DNA of 64,000 nucleotides from Anaeromyxobacteraceae bacterium (GTDB taxonomy: Bacteria > Myxococcota > Myxococcia > Myxococcales > Anaeromyxobacteraceae), in the NCBI GenBank assembly GCA_032654565.1, contig JAULAX010000010.1, positions 128,001 to 192,000 on the forward strand, in the 5' to 3' direction. The position numbers were made by a program, and so were the translations under genes. This document shows, piece by piece, positions 1 to 9,547 of this stretch. The notes below the pieces were generated by a model. That model was not told the origin of the DNA. It worked only from the letters and a program-made list of their open reading frames with translations, and ran no database searches. Within the stretch, counting starts at the first letter, position 1; the number at the start of each line of letters is the position of its first letter.

Positions 1-1303
1 CGCGCGAGGGGTGCCCGCCGGGCTGCCGGGCGTGGCCTTCCCGCTGGCGCCGCCGACCGGCCTGCCACGCTGGGACGACCTCGTCGCGCGCCACCCGCCC
101 ATCGCCGACGAGCCGCGCCGACGGCCCGAGGACTGGGCCCTCATCGTCTACACCTCGGGGAGCACCGGCCAGCCCAAGGGGGTGGTCCACACCTTCGCGT
201 CGATCTCGGCGGCGGTCTACGGCATCGTCAAGCTGCTCGGCATCCGGGGCAGCGACAGCGGCTTCTCCTACCTGCCGCTGGCGCACATCATGGACCGCTG
301 GGTCTCCGAGTGGACCTCGCTGGTCACCGGCTACCGGGTCTCCTTCGCCGAGAGCGTCGACACCTTCCTCGCCGATCTCAAGCGGGCCCGCCCCACGCTC
401 TTCGTCTCGGTGCCGCGCCTCTGGCTCAAGTTCCAGCGAGGGGTCTTCGCCAAGGTGCCGGAGCGGCGGCTGGCGCGGCTGCTGCGGGTGCCCGTCCTCT
501 CCGGGCTGGTCAAGCGCCTGATCCTGCGGAGCCTCGGCCTCGACCGGGTCCGCTTCGCCGCCAGCGCCTCCGCCCCCATCCCGCCCGAGCTGATGACCTG
601 GTACCGCGACCTCGGCCTCGAGCTGCTCGAGGGCTACGGCATGACCGAGAACGTCGGCTACTCGCACGCCACCCGCCCGGGCCGGGGCGTGCCCGGCTAC
701 GTCGGCCAGCCCTACGAGGGGGTCGAGTGCAAGCTCGGCGAGGGCGGGGAGATCCTGGTGAAGAGCCCGGGGACCATGGTCGGCTACTTCAAGGAGCCGG
801 AGCTGACCCGCGAGGCCTTCACGCCCGACGGCTTCCTCAAGACCGGGGACCTGGGGTTCATCGAGGCCGACGGCCGGCTCCTCATCACCGGGCGGCTCAA
901 GGAGCTCTTCAAGACCAGCAAGGGCAAGTACGTGGCGCCGGCGCCCATCGAGAACCTGCTCAACCGCTCCGGCTACATCGAGCTCTCCTGCGTGGCCGGC
1001 GCCAGCCAGTCCGCCTCGCACGCCGTGGTCCAGCTCGCCGAGCACGTCCAGCAGCGGATCCGCGAGGCGTCGGTGCGCCAGGAGGTGACCGCGGCGCTGC
1101 GCGGGCTGCTCGACGCCGTCAACCGCGAGCTGCCGGCCTACGAGCGGCTGGCCTTCATCGCCGTCGCCGGCGACCGCTGGAGCATCGAGGACGGGTCGCT
1201 GACGCCGTCGCTCAAGCTGAAGCGCTCGGTCATCGAGGCCCGCTACGCCCCGGCGCTCCCGCGCTGGTACGCCAGCGGCCAGAGCGTCATCTGGGAGGGG
1301 TGA
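1..1303 (+). CDS. Long-chain fatty acid--CoA ligase / AMP-binding protein (5' partial)
   Basis: AMP-binding motif YTSGSTGQPKG, plus YGMTE, TGDLG and TPSLKLKR. The frame is open to the window edge. Confidence 0.9.
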   Translation, partial: ARGVPAGLPGVAFPLAPPTGLPRWDDLVARHPPIADEPRRRPEDWALIVYTSGSTGQPKGVVHTFASISAAVYGIVKLLGIRGSDSGFSYLPLAHIMDRWVSEWTSLVTGYRVSFAESVDTFLADLKRARPTLFVSVPRLWLKFQRGVFAKVPERRLARLLRVPVLSGLVKRLILRSLGLDRVRFAASASAPIPPELMTWYRDLGLELLEGYGMTENVGYSHATRPGRGVPGYVGQPYEGVECKLGEGGEILVKSPGTMVGYFKEPELTREAFTPDGFLKTGDLGFIEADGRLLITGRLKELFKTSKGKYVAPAPIENLLNRSGYIELSCVAGASQSASHAVVQLAEHVQQRIREASVRQEVTAALRGLLDAVNRELPAYERLAFIAVAGDRWSIEDGSLTPSLKLKRSVIEARYAPALPRWYASGQSVIWEG

Positions 1304-1395
1304 GGGGGCCGGGGCCGCCGCCCTGGCTGGCCGCCGAAACCCCCAAAGTAGCCACCCGCGGTCCATCGAGAGGGGGCACAGTCCGCGGGGTGCGC

Positions 1396-2766
1396 ATGAC
1401 GACCACGACGCCGACCGCGATCCCGCTGGCCCTGGGGCTCCTCCTGCTGGCCGGGTGCAGCGGCGGCCGGACGGACCCCGCCCCGGAGGTGCCGCCGGTC
1501 ATCCCCGCCGTCACCATCTTCCAGCTGCGCATCGACCAGGTCGACCCTGGCGTGGTCATCGTCAAGGATCCGCTGGTGCCGGCCGCGGCGGCGCTCTCGG
1601 TCAGCGATGGCACCGGCGTGGTGCTGGCCAGCACCCCCATGACCATCGAGGGGCGCGGCCACTCGACCTGGTACTACAGCTTCCTCGAGTACCCGAACCG
1701 GAAGCTGCCCTACAAGATCGAGTTCGCCAGCCGGGTGGACCTGATGGGGATGGGGCCGGCGAGGAAGTGGGTGCTGCTGGCCAACCGCTTCGACAAGTCG
1801 CTGATGAAGAACATGCTGGCCTTCGATCTGGCCCAGGGGCTGAGCTTCGGCTTCACCAACCGCTACCGGCTCGCCGAGCTCACCCTCAACGGCGACTACA
1901 AGGGGCTCTACCTGGTGACCGACCAGATCGAGGTCGACGAGACGCTGCGGGTGAAGACCGGGACCGTCAGCCCCGCCACCGACCCCGACCCCGGCTTCCT
2001 GCTGGAGTGGGATCACAAGCTGATCGACGGGACCGGCGATCCCGCCGTCGCCGGGATCGACTACTTCCTGGTCGCCGACATCGGCCAGGCCTTCGCGTTC
2101 AAGGGGCCGAAGGTGAAGGAACTGAACGGCGTCCCCGGCGACGCCGCCCGGGTGGCCATCGCCGCCTTCATGGCCGAGGCCTCCGCCGCCCTGCTCGACT
2201 GCAAGACCGGAACGGCCGGCCAGGACCGCTACAAGGCCCTGGTCGACGTCACCTCCTTCTACGACTACTTCATCGTCAACGAGTTCACCAAGAACACCGA
2301 CGCCGCCAGCTACTCCAGCATCTACGTGAACAGGCCCAAGGCGGGGAAGCTCGCCATGGGTCCGATCTGGGATCAGGACATCGCCTTCGGCTGGCTGGAG
2401 AGCGTCCGATCGCCGACCGAGTGGTACGTCCGGGACCACAACCCCTGGCTCAGGGCCCTGGTCCGCGACAACGCCGAGTTCGCCGCCGGCCTCCGGGCTC
2501 GCTGGAACCAGGTGAAGTCGCTGGTGCGGGCGAAGGTGCTCGACGGCATCGACCTCCACGAGGTGCAGCTGAGGACCGCGGCCGCCAGGAATCATGACCG
2601 CTGGGGAGAGCTGTCGGCGCACCTCAACATCTGGACCCCGGAGCAGCAGTACCCGGTGGTCATCACCAGCTTCGCCGACGTGGTGGCCTATGTCCGGGAC
2701 TGGGCCGACCTCCGCTACGCCTGGCTCGACGCGCAGATCAACAGTCCTGCCTTGACCACGTTCTGA
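1396..2766 (+). CDS. CotH kinase family lipoprotein
   Basis: Lipobox LLLAGC. CotH-like motifs GRGHSTW, KLPYKIEF, WVLLAN..DKSLMKN, NGDYKGLY and GPIWDQDIAFG. ATG at 1396. Confidence 0.85.
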   Translation: MTTTTPTAIPLALGLLLLAGCSGGRTDPAPEVPPVIPAVTIFQLRIDQVDPGVVIVKDPLVPAAAALSVSDGTGVVLASTPMTIEGRGHSTWYYSFLEYPNRKLPYKIEFASRVDLMGMGPARKWVLLANRFDKSLMKNMLAFDLAQGLSFGFTNRYRLAELTLNGDYKGLYLVTDQIEVDETLRVKTGTVSPATDPDPGFLLEWDHKLIDGTGDPAVAGIDYFLVADIGQAFAFKGPKVKELNGVPGDAARVAIAAFMAEASAALLDCKTGTAGQDRYKALVDVTSFYDYFIVNEFTKNTDAASYSSIYVNRPKAGKLAMGPIWDQDIAFGWLESVRSPTEWYVRDHNPWLRALVRDNAEFAAGLRARWNQVKSLVRAKVLDGIDLHEVQLRTAAARNHDRWGELSAHLNIWTPEQQYPVVITSFADVVAYVRDWADLRYAWLDAQINSPALTTF

Positions 2767-2778
2767 GCGGACCGCCCG

Positions 2779-3483
2779 TCAGGGCGCGCAGACCGCGGCC
2801 CAGGCCGGGCTGGCGAGCACCTTCTCGGCGATGAGGGCGTGGCCGGCGTCGTTGAGGTGGACGCCGTCGCCGGAGGCGTAGGCGCCAAGCACGCTGCTGT
2901 CGGTCGCGGCCAGGTCGGCCCAGAGGGCCAGGGAGCGCGGCGCCGCCACGGCCGGGAGCGCGTCGCGCAGGGCGACCATCAGCGCCACCTGGGGCGGGTC
3001 GGTGAAGCTGCGCGGGAAGGGGCCGAGGATGACGTCAGCGGCCCCGGCGGCCCGGATCCCGTCGCGGAGCAGGGCGTGGTTGGCCAGCGTCTCGGCCACC
3101 GGGTAGTAGTTGGCGGCGTCGTTCGACGGGTACTGCACCAGCACCAGCGCCGGCTTGAGCGACAGCGCGGCGTCGAGGTTGGCGTCGGCGCGCGGCGCCG
3201 GCCGACCGGCCGGCGGAGGGCCGGCGCTGGCCGGGAGCCCCTGCCAGGTGGTGGTCCCCGAGACGGCCAGGTTGCTGACGGCCACATGGGGGCAGCGGGT
3301 CGCCGCGGCGGCGCGGACCCGGTCGACCCAGCCCTTGCCGAGGGAGGCGCCGACCCCGGCCGCCGTCGAGGAGCCGAGGACGGCCACCGCCACCGCGGGG
3401 CGCTTCGCCGCGGCGCCGCCGCAGGCCAGCGCGGCGGCGGTGAGCAGCGAGGCGAGGAGGGTCGAGGCGCGGAGCGTGGGCAC
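2779..3483 (-). CDS. SGNH/GDSL hydrolase family lipoprotein
   Basis: Block I VLGSSTAAG, NLAVSG, SND and DGVHLNDAGH. Lipobox ALAC. Confidence 0.85.
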   Translation of the reverse strand: MPTLRASTLLASLLTAAALACGGAAAKRPAVAVAVLGSSTAAGVGASLGKGWVDRVRAAAATRCPHVAVSNLAVSGTTTWQGLPASAGPPPAGRPAPRADANLDAALSLKPALVLVQYPSNDAANYYPVAETLANHALLRDGIRAAGAADVILGPFPRSFTDPPQVALMVALRDALPAVAAPRSLALWADLAATDSSVLGAYASGDGVHLNDAGHALIAEKVLASPAWAAVCAP

Positions 3484-3544
3484 GGGACCCGAAGTTCGCA
3501 GGGCGCCGCGGGCCCGTCAACAGGGCGCCGGGGGAAGCCAGGCC

Positions 3545-3934
3545 CTAGCTGGCCTTGAGCTTCTCCCGCATGTGGTCGATCACCTGGGTGTGCTCCCGCT
3601 GCGGGCTGAACATGATGATCTCGGCGTCGGCGGTGACCTTCACGTTGTGCCCCGCCGGCCAGTAGAACAGGTCGGCCGCCTTGACCGTCTCCTTCAGCCC
3701 CCGGGCGTCCGTGGTGGTGAGCTCCCCACGCAGGACGTAGCCCCAGTGCGGGCACTGGCAGAGGTCGCCGTCCAGCCCCTGGAACAGGGGCGTGGTGTCC
3801 ACCCCGGCGGCGAGCGAGGAGTACTCGCCGCTGATCTTCCCCAGCCCGGTCGCATCCCCCAGCCCGGTCCGCTGGCGGATGACGGCGCCCGGGATCTGCA
3901 GCTTCACCTCGATCTGGTCCTTGGCCACGCGCAT
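3545..3934 (-). CDS. Cupin-fold protein
   Basis: CQCPHWGYVLRG and YWPAGH cupin-like motifs. ATG at 3934 with an upstream GGAGG. Confidence 0.75.
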   Translation of the reverse strand: MRVAKDQIEVKLQIPGAVIRQRTGLGDATGLGKISGEYSSLAAGVDTTPLFQGLDGDLCQCPHWGYVLRGELTTTDARGLKETVKAADLFYWPAGHNVKVTADAEIIMFSPQREHTQVIDHMREKLKAS

Positions 3935-4103
3935 GAACTGCCTCCTCGTCGTTGGTTGTCGTGCCGCACCTCCCTCTTCATGCGACCGGTGCCGCCGCGG
4001 CCATCCAGATCCCGCTGCGCTGTGCAGATCGCGCCGGTTCCGGTTAGGGAGAGTCCGCGGCACGTCGGCCTGGCCAGTGACCGACGACCCGGAAGGGGCA
4101 TCC

Positions 4104-5273
4104 ATGGACGGGCGATCGACCTCCGAGGGAGGAGTGGGCGAGGCGGGGACGGCGCTGCCGCGCGACCTGGTCAGGGCGCTGGCCTGGTCGCGAGCCCACC
4201 TCGGCGAGCCGATCAGGCTGGCCGCGCTGGCCCGGGTCGCCGGCGTTCCGCCGCGGACGCTCGAGACCCACTTCAAGCAGTTCCTGGGCCTGTCGCCGAC
4301 GGCCTGGGTCCGCGAGGCCCGCCTGGCCCAGGCCCGGCGCGCCCTGCTCTCGCCGGGGAGCCACACCACGGTCTCGAAGGTGGCGCTGGACTGCGGCTTC
4401 AGCCAGCTCGGCCGGTTCGCCGCCCAGTACGGCCGACGCTTCGAGGAGCTGCCCTCGGCGACCCTCAGGCGCATCCGGAAGGCCACGCCCGGCTCCCCCG
4501 ACGGCTTCGACGACGAGGCCATCCGCCTCGCCTGGCGCGCCTTGCCTGCCGCCTTCGCGGTGGCGCCGGGGCCCTGCACCCTGGCGCTCGAGGAGCTGGA
4601 GCAGGCGCAGGAGCTGGCGCCGGGCTACGGGCTGCCCAAGGCCATCGCCGCCTGGTGCTGGAGCCAGCGGGCCGCGCACCACTTCGGCTCGGCCCCCCAC
4701 GACGACGCTGCCCGGGCGGTGCGGCTGGCGGCCGAGGCGTGCCGCCTGGCGCCGACCGACGCCCTGGTCCTGACGCTGGCCAGCGGCGCCCTGACCCTGG
4801 CGCATCGCCTCGACGAGGCCGAGGGGGTGCTCTCCCGCGCGCTGGCGCTCGACCCGGCGTCACCCTGGGCCTGGGTGCGACGGGCCTGGGCCTCGGCCTA
4901 CGCGGGTGACTCCACCACCGCGCTCCGCCAGTTCGACACCACGCTCCACCTGATGCCCTTCGAGCCCATCCGCCACCTCGCCTTCATCGGGATCGGCTGC
5001 TCCCACTTCGTGGCCGGCCGCTACGACCGGGCCGCGCGATGGGCGCGGGCGGGCGTCGAGGCCAGCCCCGACTCCTTCTGGGGCGAGCGGGTGGTGGCCG
5101 CGTCGGCGGCGCTGGCCGGAGCGCGGGAGGAGTCACGCCGCATCGTCCGCGGGATGCTGCGACGGGACCCGGGCCTGACGGTGGGCGTGGCCCGCCGGGC
5201 GTGGCCCTTCCCCCCGAAGGTCATGGAGCGGCTGGCGGAGGGGCTCGCCAGCGCCGGCCTGCCGCGGGGCTAG
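4104..5273 (+). CDS. AraC-family HTH regulator with C-terminal TPR-like region
   Basis: N-terminal AraC signature (LETHFKQFLGLSP ... VALDCGFSQLGRFAAQYGRRFEELPS) followed by TPR-like helices (RALALDPASPWAW). Divergent from the cupin gene. Confidence 0.85.
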   Translation: MDGRSTSEGGVGEAGTALPRDLVRALAWSRAHLGEPIRLAALARVAGVPPRTLETHFKQFLGLSPTAWVREARLAQARRALLSPGSHTTVSKVALDCGFSQLGRFAAQYGRRFEELPSATLRRIRKATPGSPDGFDDEAIRLAWRALPAAFAVAPGPCTLALEELEQAQELAPGYGLPKAIAAWCWSQRAAHHFGSAPHDDAARAVRLAAEACRLAPTDALVLTLASGALTLAHRLDEAEGVLSRALALDPASPWAWVRRAWASAYAGDSTTALRQFDTTLHLMPFEPIRHLAFIGIGCSHFVAGRYDRAARWARAGVEASPDSFWGERVVAASAALAGAREESRRIVRGMLRRDPGLTVGVARRAWPFPPKVMERLAEGLASAGLPRG

Positions 5274-5296
5274 GGCGCGGCGCACGGCCGCCGCCG

Positions 5297-6757
5297 CTAC
5301 ATCGGGTGCGGGCCGCCGTGCATCTTGGGCATCTTCATGCCCAGGAAGGAGAAGTGCTCGCGGTAGCCCTTCATCATCTCCTGGAAGGCGCTCATCATGT
5401 AGCGGCGCTTGAAGCCGTCCGGCAGCTTCATCACCTCCGGCATCTTCCTGGCGTAGAAGGTCATGTAGCACTTGCCCAGCGCCACCATGACCTCCTCGAG
5501 CGTCATGTCGTAGGGCTCGACGATGGGCGTGGCCAGGTTGTACTTGGACCAGTCGGTGACCCGGACCCGGTCCTTGAACTGCTGGTAGATGGGGGTGAAC
5601 GGCATGGGGGTCAGCACCGGGAAGACGGCGATGTCGGGGTTGACCCGGATGGCCTCGGCGATGGTGTGCTCCACCGACTTCCAGGTCTCCATGGGTCCGC
5701 CGATCATGAACGAGGCCTCGGTCATGATGTCGTGGTCGCGGGCCAGGTCGACGGCCCGCTTGTTCTGGTCGACGCTGGTCCCCTTGTTCAGGGTCACCAG
5801 CATCTCGTCGGTGCTCCCCTCGGCGCCGAGGTAGAGGTGGATGACCCCGGCCTCCCGGTACTTGGGGAGGATGGCCTCGTCGCGGATGATGTCCTCGACC
5901 CGGGTCTCCATCAGCAGCTTCACGTCCATCTTCTCGGCGATGAGCAGGTCGAGGAGCGCCTCCCAGCGGACTGGATCGTGGGTGGGGTAGGGGTCGATGA
6001 GGGTGATGAACTGGACGCCGTGCACGTCGACCAGCTGGTGCATCTCCTCGATGACGTCCTTCGGGTCGCGGGAGCGCCAGTCGCCGCGCCAGAACTGGCG
6101 ATGGCTGCAGAACGAGCAGCCCATCATGCAGCCCCGCGAGGTGAGCATGGAGGCCATGCGCCCCCAGGGCTCGATGTTGTAGTGGTAGTCGCGCCAGTCG
6201 AGCAGGTGCCAGGCCGGCTTGAGGGCGTTGAGGTCGGCGATGTGCGGGCGCAGCGGGGTGGCCACCACCCGCCCGTCCCGCTGGTAGGCGATCCCCTGCA
6301 CGGCGGCCAGGTCGCCGCCGGGGAGGGTGGCCAGCAGCTCGGGCAGCGTCTCCTCGGCCTCGCCGCAGAGCACGAAGTCGACCCGGTTGGCGGGGTCGGC
6401 GAAGATCTCGGCGTACATGAAGGTGGGGTGGGGCCCGCCGATGATGGTGACGATCTTCGGGTCGACCTCCTTGGCGATGGCCAGCGCCCGGAGGGCCGCC
6501 GGGACCGTGGCGGTGCTGATGGCGCCGGTGACCGGCAGGTAGTCGAGCGACACCACCACGTCGGGCCGGAAGCGCTCCACCTCCGCGCGGACGTCGTCGA
6601 AGGTGGTGTTCTTGTTCATGGCGTCGTAGATGCGCGCCTCGTGCCCGGTCTTCTCGACGGCGCCGGCGAGGTAGGCGAGCTGCAGCGGCGGCCAGGTGCC
6701 GATGACCTGGACACCCCAGCAGAGGTACGGCGGGCCGACAAAGAGGATCCTGCTCAC
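5297..6757 (-). CDS. Cobalamin-binding radical SAM protein (BchE/class B methyltransferase-like)
   Basis: B12-binding domain (PPLQLAYLAG, GGPHPT, GEAE) and the radical SAM motif SRGCMMGCSFC. GTG start inferred. Confidence 0.9.
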   Translation of the reverse strand: MSRILFVGPPYLCWGVQVIGTWPPLQLAYLAGAVEKTGHEARIYDAMNKNTTFDDVRAEVERFRPDVVVSLDYLPVTGAISTATVPAALRALAIAKEVDPKIVTIIGGPHPTFMYAEIFADPANRVDFVLCGEAEETLPELLATLPGGDLAAVQGIAYQRDGRVVATPLRPHIADLNALKPAWHLLDWRDYHYNIEPWGRMASMLTSRGCMMGCSFCSHRQFWRGDWRSRDPKDVIEEMHQLVDVHGVQFITLIDPYPTHDPVRWEALLDLLIAEKMDVKLLMETRVEDIIRDEAILPKYREAGVIHLYLGAEGSTDEMLVTLNKGTSVDQNKRAVDLARDHDIMTEASFMIGGPMETWKSVEHTIAEAIRVNPDIAVFPVLTPMPFTPIYQQFKDRVRVTDWSKYNLATPIVEPYDMTLEEVMVALGKCYMTFYARKMPEVMKLPDGFKRRYMMSAFQEMMKGYREHFSFLGMKMPKMHGGPHPM

Positions 6758-6990
6758 GTTCCTGGTATCCGATCGCTTGGTGCGGTGGCGCTGCGGCTGA
6801 AGGTCTCGATCTAACCCGAGCCCGTGGCCACGGCCGCCTGGAAGGGCGATATTAGGGGAGGTCTGCCCCTCCAGGGAAGCGCGGCGGAGGGGAAAGGGAC
6901 CCCTCACCGGGTCAAGAGACGTTCACGGCCCGGGAGGAGCAGGCGACCCGTCGCGCTGCCACGAGCGAACCCTCAGGCGGAGGCCACGTC

Positions 6991-7752
6991 ATGTCCCACC
7001 AGCAGACCGTACTCCTCGTCGGCGGCACCGGTCGGACCGGCCGGCGGGTCCTCGCGCAGCTCCTCGCCCGCGGCGTGAGGGTCCGGGCCATCGTCCGCTC
7101 CGCCCGGGGGCTCCCGGCGGCGATCACCGGGGATCCGGGCGTGGCCCTGGTCGAGGGCAGCCTGCTCTCGCTCTCCGACCTGGAGCTGCAGGGCCAGGTC
7201 CGCGGCTGCGACGCCGTCATCTCCTGCCTCGGCCACGTCCTCACCCTCCGGGGCGTGCTGGGGCCGCCCCGCGACCTGGTCGCCAGGGCCACCACCCGGC
7301 TCTGCCGGGCGATCGAGGCGCTGCGCCCCGCCACGCCGGCCAGGTTCATCCTCATGACCAGCGTCTCGGTTCACCGTCCGGGGGGGCTCGACACCCGCCG
7401 CGGGACCTTCGAGCGGGCCTTCATGTGGCTGCTCCGGGCGCTGCTCCCGCCGGCCGGGGACAACCAGCGGGCCGCCGACTTCCTGGAGGAGCAGCTCGGG
7501 CCGGCCCACCCGTTCGTGGAGTGGGCGGTGGTCCGCCCCGACACGCTGCTGGAAGGCGAGGTCTCCAGGTACACGCTGCACGAGGGGCTGGTGAACGGCC
7601 TCTTCGCTCCCGGCCAGACCCGCATGGCCAACGCGGCCCACTTCATGTGCGAGCTGGCGACCAGCCCGGCGGCGTGGGCGGCCTGGAAGGGGAAGGAGCC
7701 GGTGATCGTCGACGCGGTCGCGCCGGACGCCGGGAGTCCCGCCCCCGCCTGA
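6991..7752 (+). CDS. NAD(P)-binding atypical SDR / NmrA-like oxidoreductase
   Basis: GGTGRTG Rossmann motif, CDAVISCLG and W.VVRP. Confidence 0.85.
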   Translation: MSHQQTVLLVGGTGRTGRRVLAQLLARGVRVRAIVRSARGLPAAITGDPGVALVEGSLLSLSDLELQGQVRGCDAVISCLGHVLTLRGVLGPPRDLVARATTRLCRAIEALRPATPARFILMTSVSVHRPGGLDTRRGTFERAFMWLLRALLPPAGDNQRAADFLEEQLGPAHPFVEWAVVRPDTLLEGEVSRYTLHEGLVNGLFAPGQTRMANAAHFMCELATSPAAWAAWKGKEPVIVDAVAPDAGSPAPA

Positions 7753-7882
7753 GCGCTGCCGCGGTCGCCCAGGTCCCCTGCTTCTCGAGGCGCCCGTGCG
7801 CGAGGAGCCGGTGACGGCCCGTGACCCGGCCGGGAAGTCCCGGTATCCTCCGGCCCCCAGCCCGCCCACGCCAGGAGGCGCC

Positions 7883-9523
7883 GTGAACACCGTCGGACCG
7901 TTCGACTACGTGATCGCCGGCGGCGGCACCGCCGGCTGCCTGCTGGCCAACCGGCTCTCGGCGGATCCCGGGGTCTCGGTCCTGCTGCTGGAGGCCGGCG
8001 GGAAGGACACCGGGATCTGGATCCAGATCCCGGTCGGCTACCTCTTCTGCATCGGCAACCCACGCACCGACTGGTGCTACCGGACCGAGCCCGACCCGGG
8101 GCTCAACGGCCGCACCGTCCTCTACGCCCGCGGCCGGGTGCTGGGCGGCTGCACCTCGATCAACGCCATGCTCTACATGCGTGGCCAGGCTCGCGACTAC
8201 GACGAGTGGGCCCGGCTCAGCGGCGATCCCGGCTGGTCCTGGGAGCGGGTGCTCCCCGTCTTCAAGCAGACCGAGGACCACTGGCGCGGCGCCGACGAGC
8301 TCCACGGCGCGGGGGGCGAGTGGCGGGTCGAGCACCAGCGGCTCTCCTGGGAGATCCTCGACGCCTTCCGCGAGGCCGCCGCCGAGGTGGGCATCGGGCG
8401 GATCGAGGACTTCAACCGCGGCGACAACCAGGGCAGCTCGCGCTTCGAGGTGAACCAGCGGCGCGGGGTCCGCTGGAACGCCACCAAGGCCTTCCTGCGG
8501 CCGGCGGCGGGGCGCAGGAACCTGACCGTACTCACCGGCGCGTCGGTGCGGCGGCTGCGGCTCGGGCGCGGCGCCTCGGGGGCCACCGAGGCCCAGGGGG
8601 TCGAGTTCTACCGGGGCGAGGAGGTGGTCTTCGCCGAGGCGCGGCGCGAGACCATCCTGGCGGCGGGGTCGATCGGCTCCCCCCACATCCTCCAGTTCTC
8701 CGGCGTCGGCCCGGGCGCCCACCTGCAGGCCCACGGGGTCCCGGTGCTGCACGACCTCCCCGGCGTGGGCGGCAACCTCCACGACCACCTGCAGCTGCGC
8801 ACCGCCTACAAGGTCAGGGACGTCCTCACCCTCAACACGCTGGCCAACTCCTGGTGGGGCAAGGCGAAGATGGGGCTCGAGTACGCGCTGCGGCGCACCG
8901 GGCCGCTCACCATGGCCCCCTCGCAGCTGGGCGCCTGCACCAGATCCGACCCCGGCCAGCCCACCGCCAACATCGAGTTCCACGTCCAGCCGCTCTCGCT
9001 CGACAAGTTCGGCGAGCCGCTCCACACCTTCCCCGCCTTCACGGTGAGCGTGTGCAACCTGCGGCCGACCTCGCGCGGCCACGTGCGCCTGAAGTCGCCC
9101 GACCCGCGCGCCGCGCCGGCCATCCAGCTCAACTACCTCTCCACGGCCGAGGACCAGCGCGTCGCGGTCGACTCGCTGCGGCTGGCGCGGCGGATCGTCA
9201 GCGGCACCGAGACCATGAAGCGGTACGCCCCGGAGGAGTTCGTGCCCGGCCCGGCGTTCCAGTCGGACGCCGAGCTGGTCAAGGCGGCCGGCAACGTGGG
9301 GACCACCATCTTCCACCCGGTCAGCACCTGCCGGATGGGGCGCGTCGACGACGCCGAGGCGGTGGTCGACGCCCGGCTGCGGGTGCGCGGGGTGGGGCGG
9401 CTGCGCGTCATCGACGCCTCGATCATGCCGACCATCACCTCGGGCAACACCGCCTCGCCGACGGTGATGATCGCCGAGAAGGGGGCGGCGATGGTGCTGG
9501 AGGACCAGCGGGCGAGGCGCTGA
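7883..9523 (+). CDS. GMC family oxidoreductase (choline dehydrogenase-like)
   Basis: DYVIAGGGTAG, GRVLGGCTSINAMLY, GVGGNLHDH, FHPVSTCRMG and DASIMPTITSGNT. GGAGG upstream of the GTG. Confidence 0.92.
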   Translation: MNTVGPFDYVIAGGGTAGCLLANRLSADPGVSVLLLEAGGKDTGIWIQIPVGYLFCIGNPRTDWCYRTEPDPGLNGRTVLYARGRVLGGCTSINAMLYMRGQARDYDEWARLSGDPGWSWERVLPVFKQTEDHWRGADELHGAGGEWRVEHQRLSWEILDAFREAAAEVGIGRIEDFNRGDNQGSSRFEVNQRRGVRWNATKAFLRPAAGRRNLTVLTGASVRRLRLGRGASGATEAQGVEFYRGEEVVFAEARRETILAAGSIGSPHILQFSGVGPGAHLQAHGVPVLHDLPGVGGNLHDHLQLRTAYKVRDVLTLNTLANSWWGKAKMGLEYALRRTGPLTMAPSQLGACTRSDPGQPTANIEFHVQPLSLDKFGEPLHTFPAFTVSVCNLRPTSRGHVRLKSPDPRAAPAIQLNYLSTAEDQRVAVDSLRLARRIVSGTETMKRYAPEEFVPGPAFQSDAELVKAAGNVGTTIFHPVSTCRMGRVDDAEAVVDARLRVRGVGRLRVIDASIMPTITSGNTASPTVMIAEKGAAMVLEDQRARR

Positions 9524-9547
9524 CCGGGCCGTCGCGCCGGGGCGGCC

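Noticed and set aside
310..1395. N-terminal extension making the CotH ORF 818 aa
   Set aside because: It overlaps the acyl-CoA ligase in another frame. The signal peptide begins at ATG 1396.
6757..6990. Cobalamin riboswitch upstream of the B12 radical SAM gene
   Set aside because: No B12-box or conserved core was recognisable on the coding (minus) strand. An Rfam scan would settle it.
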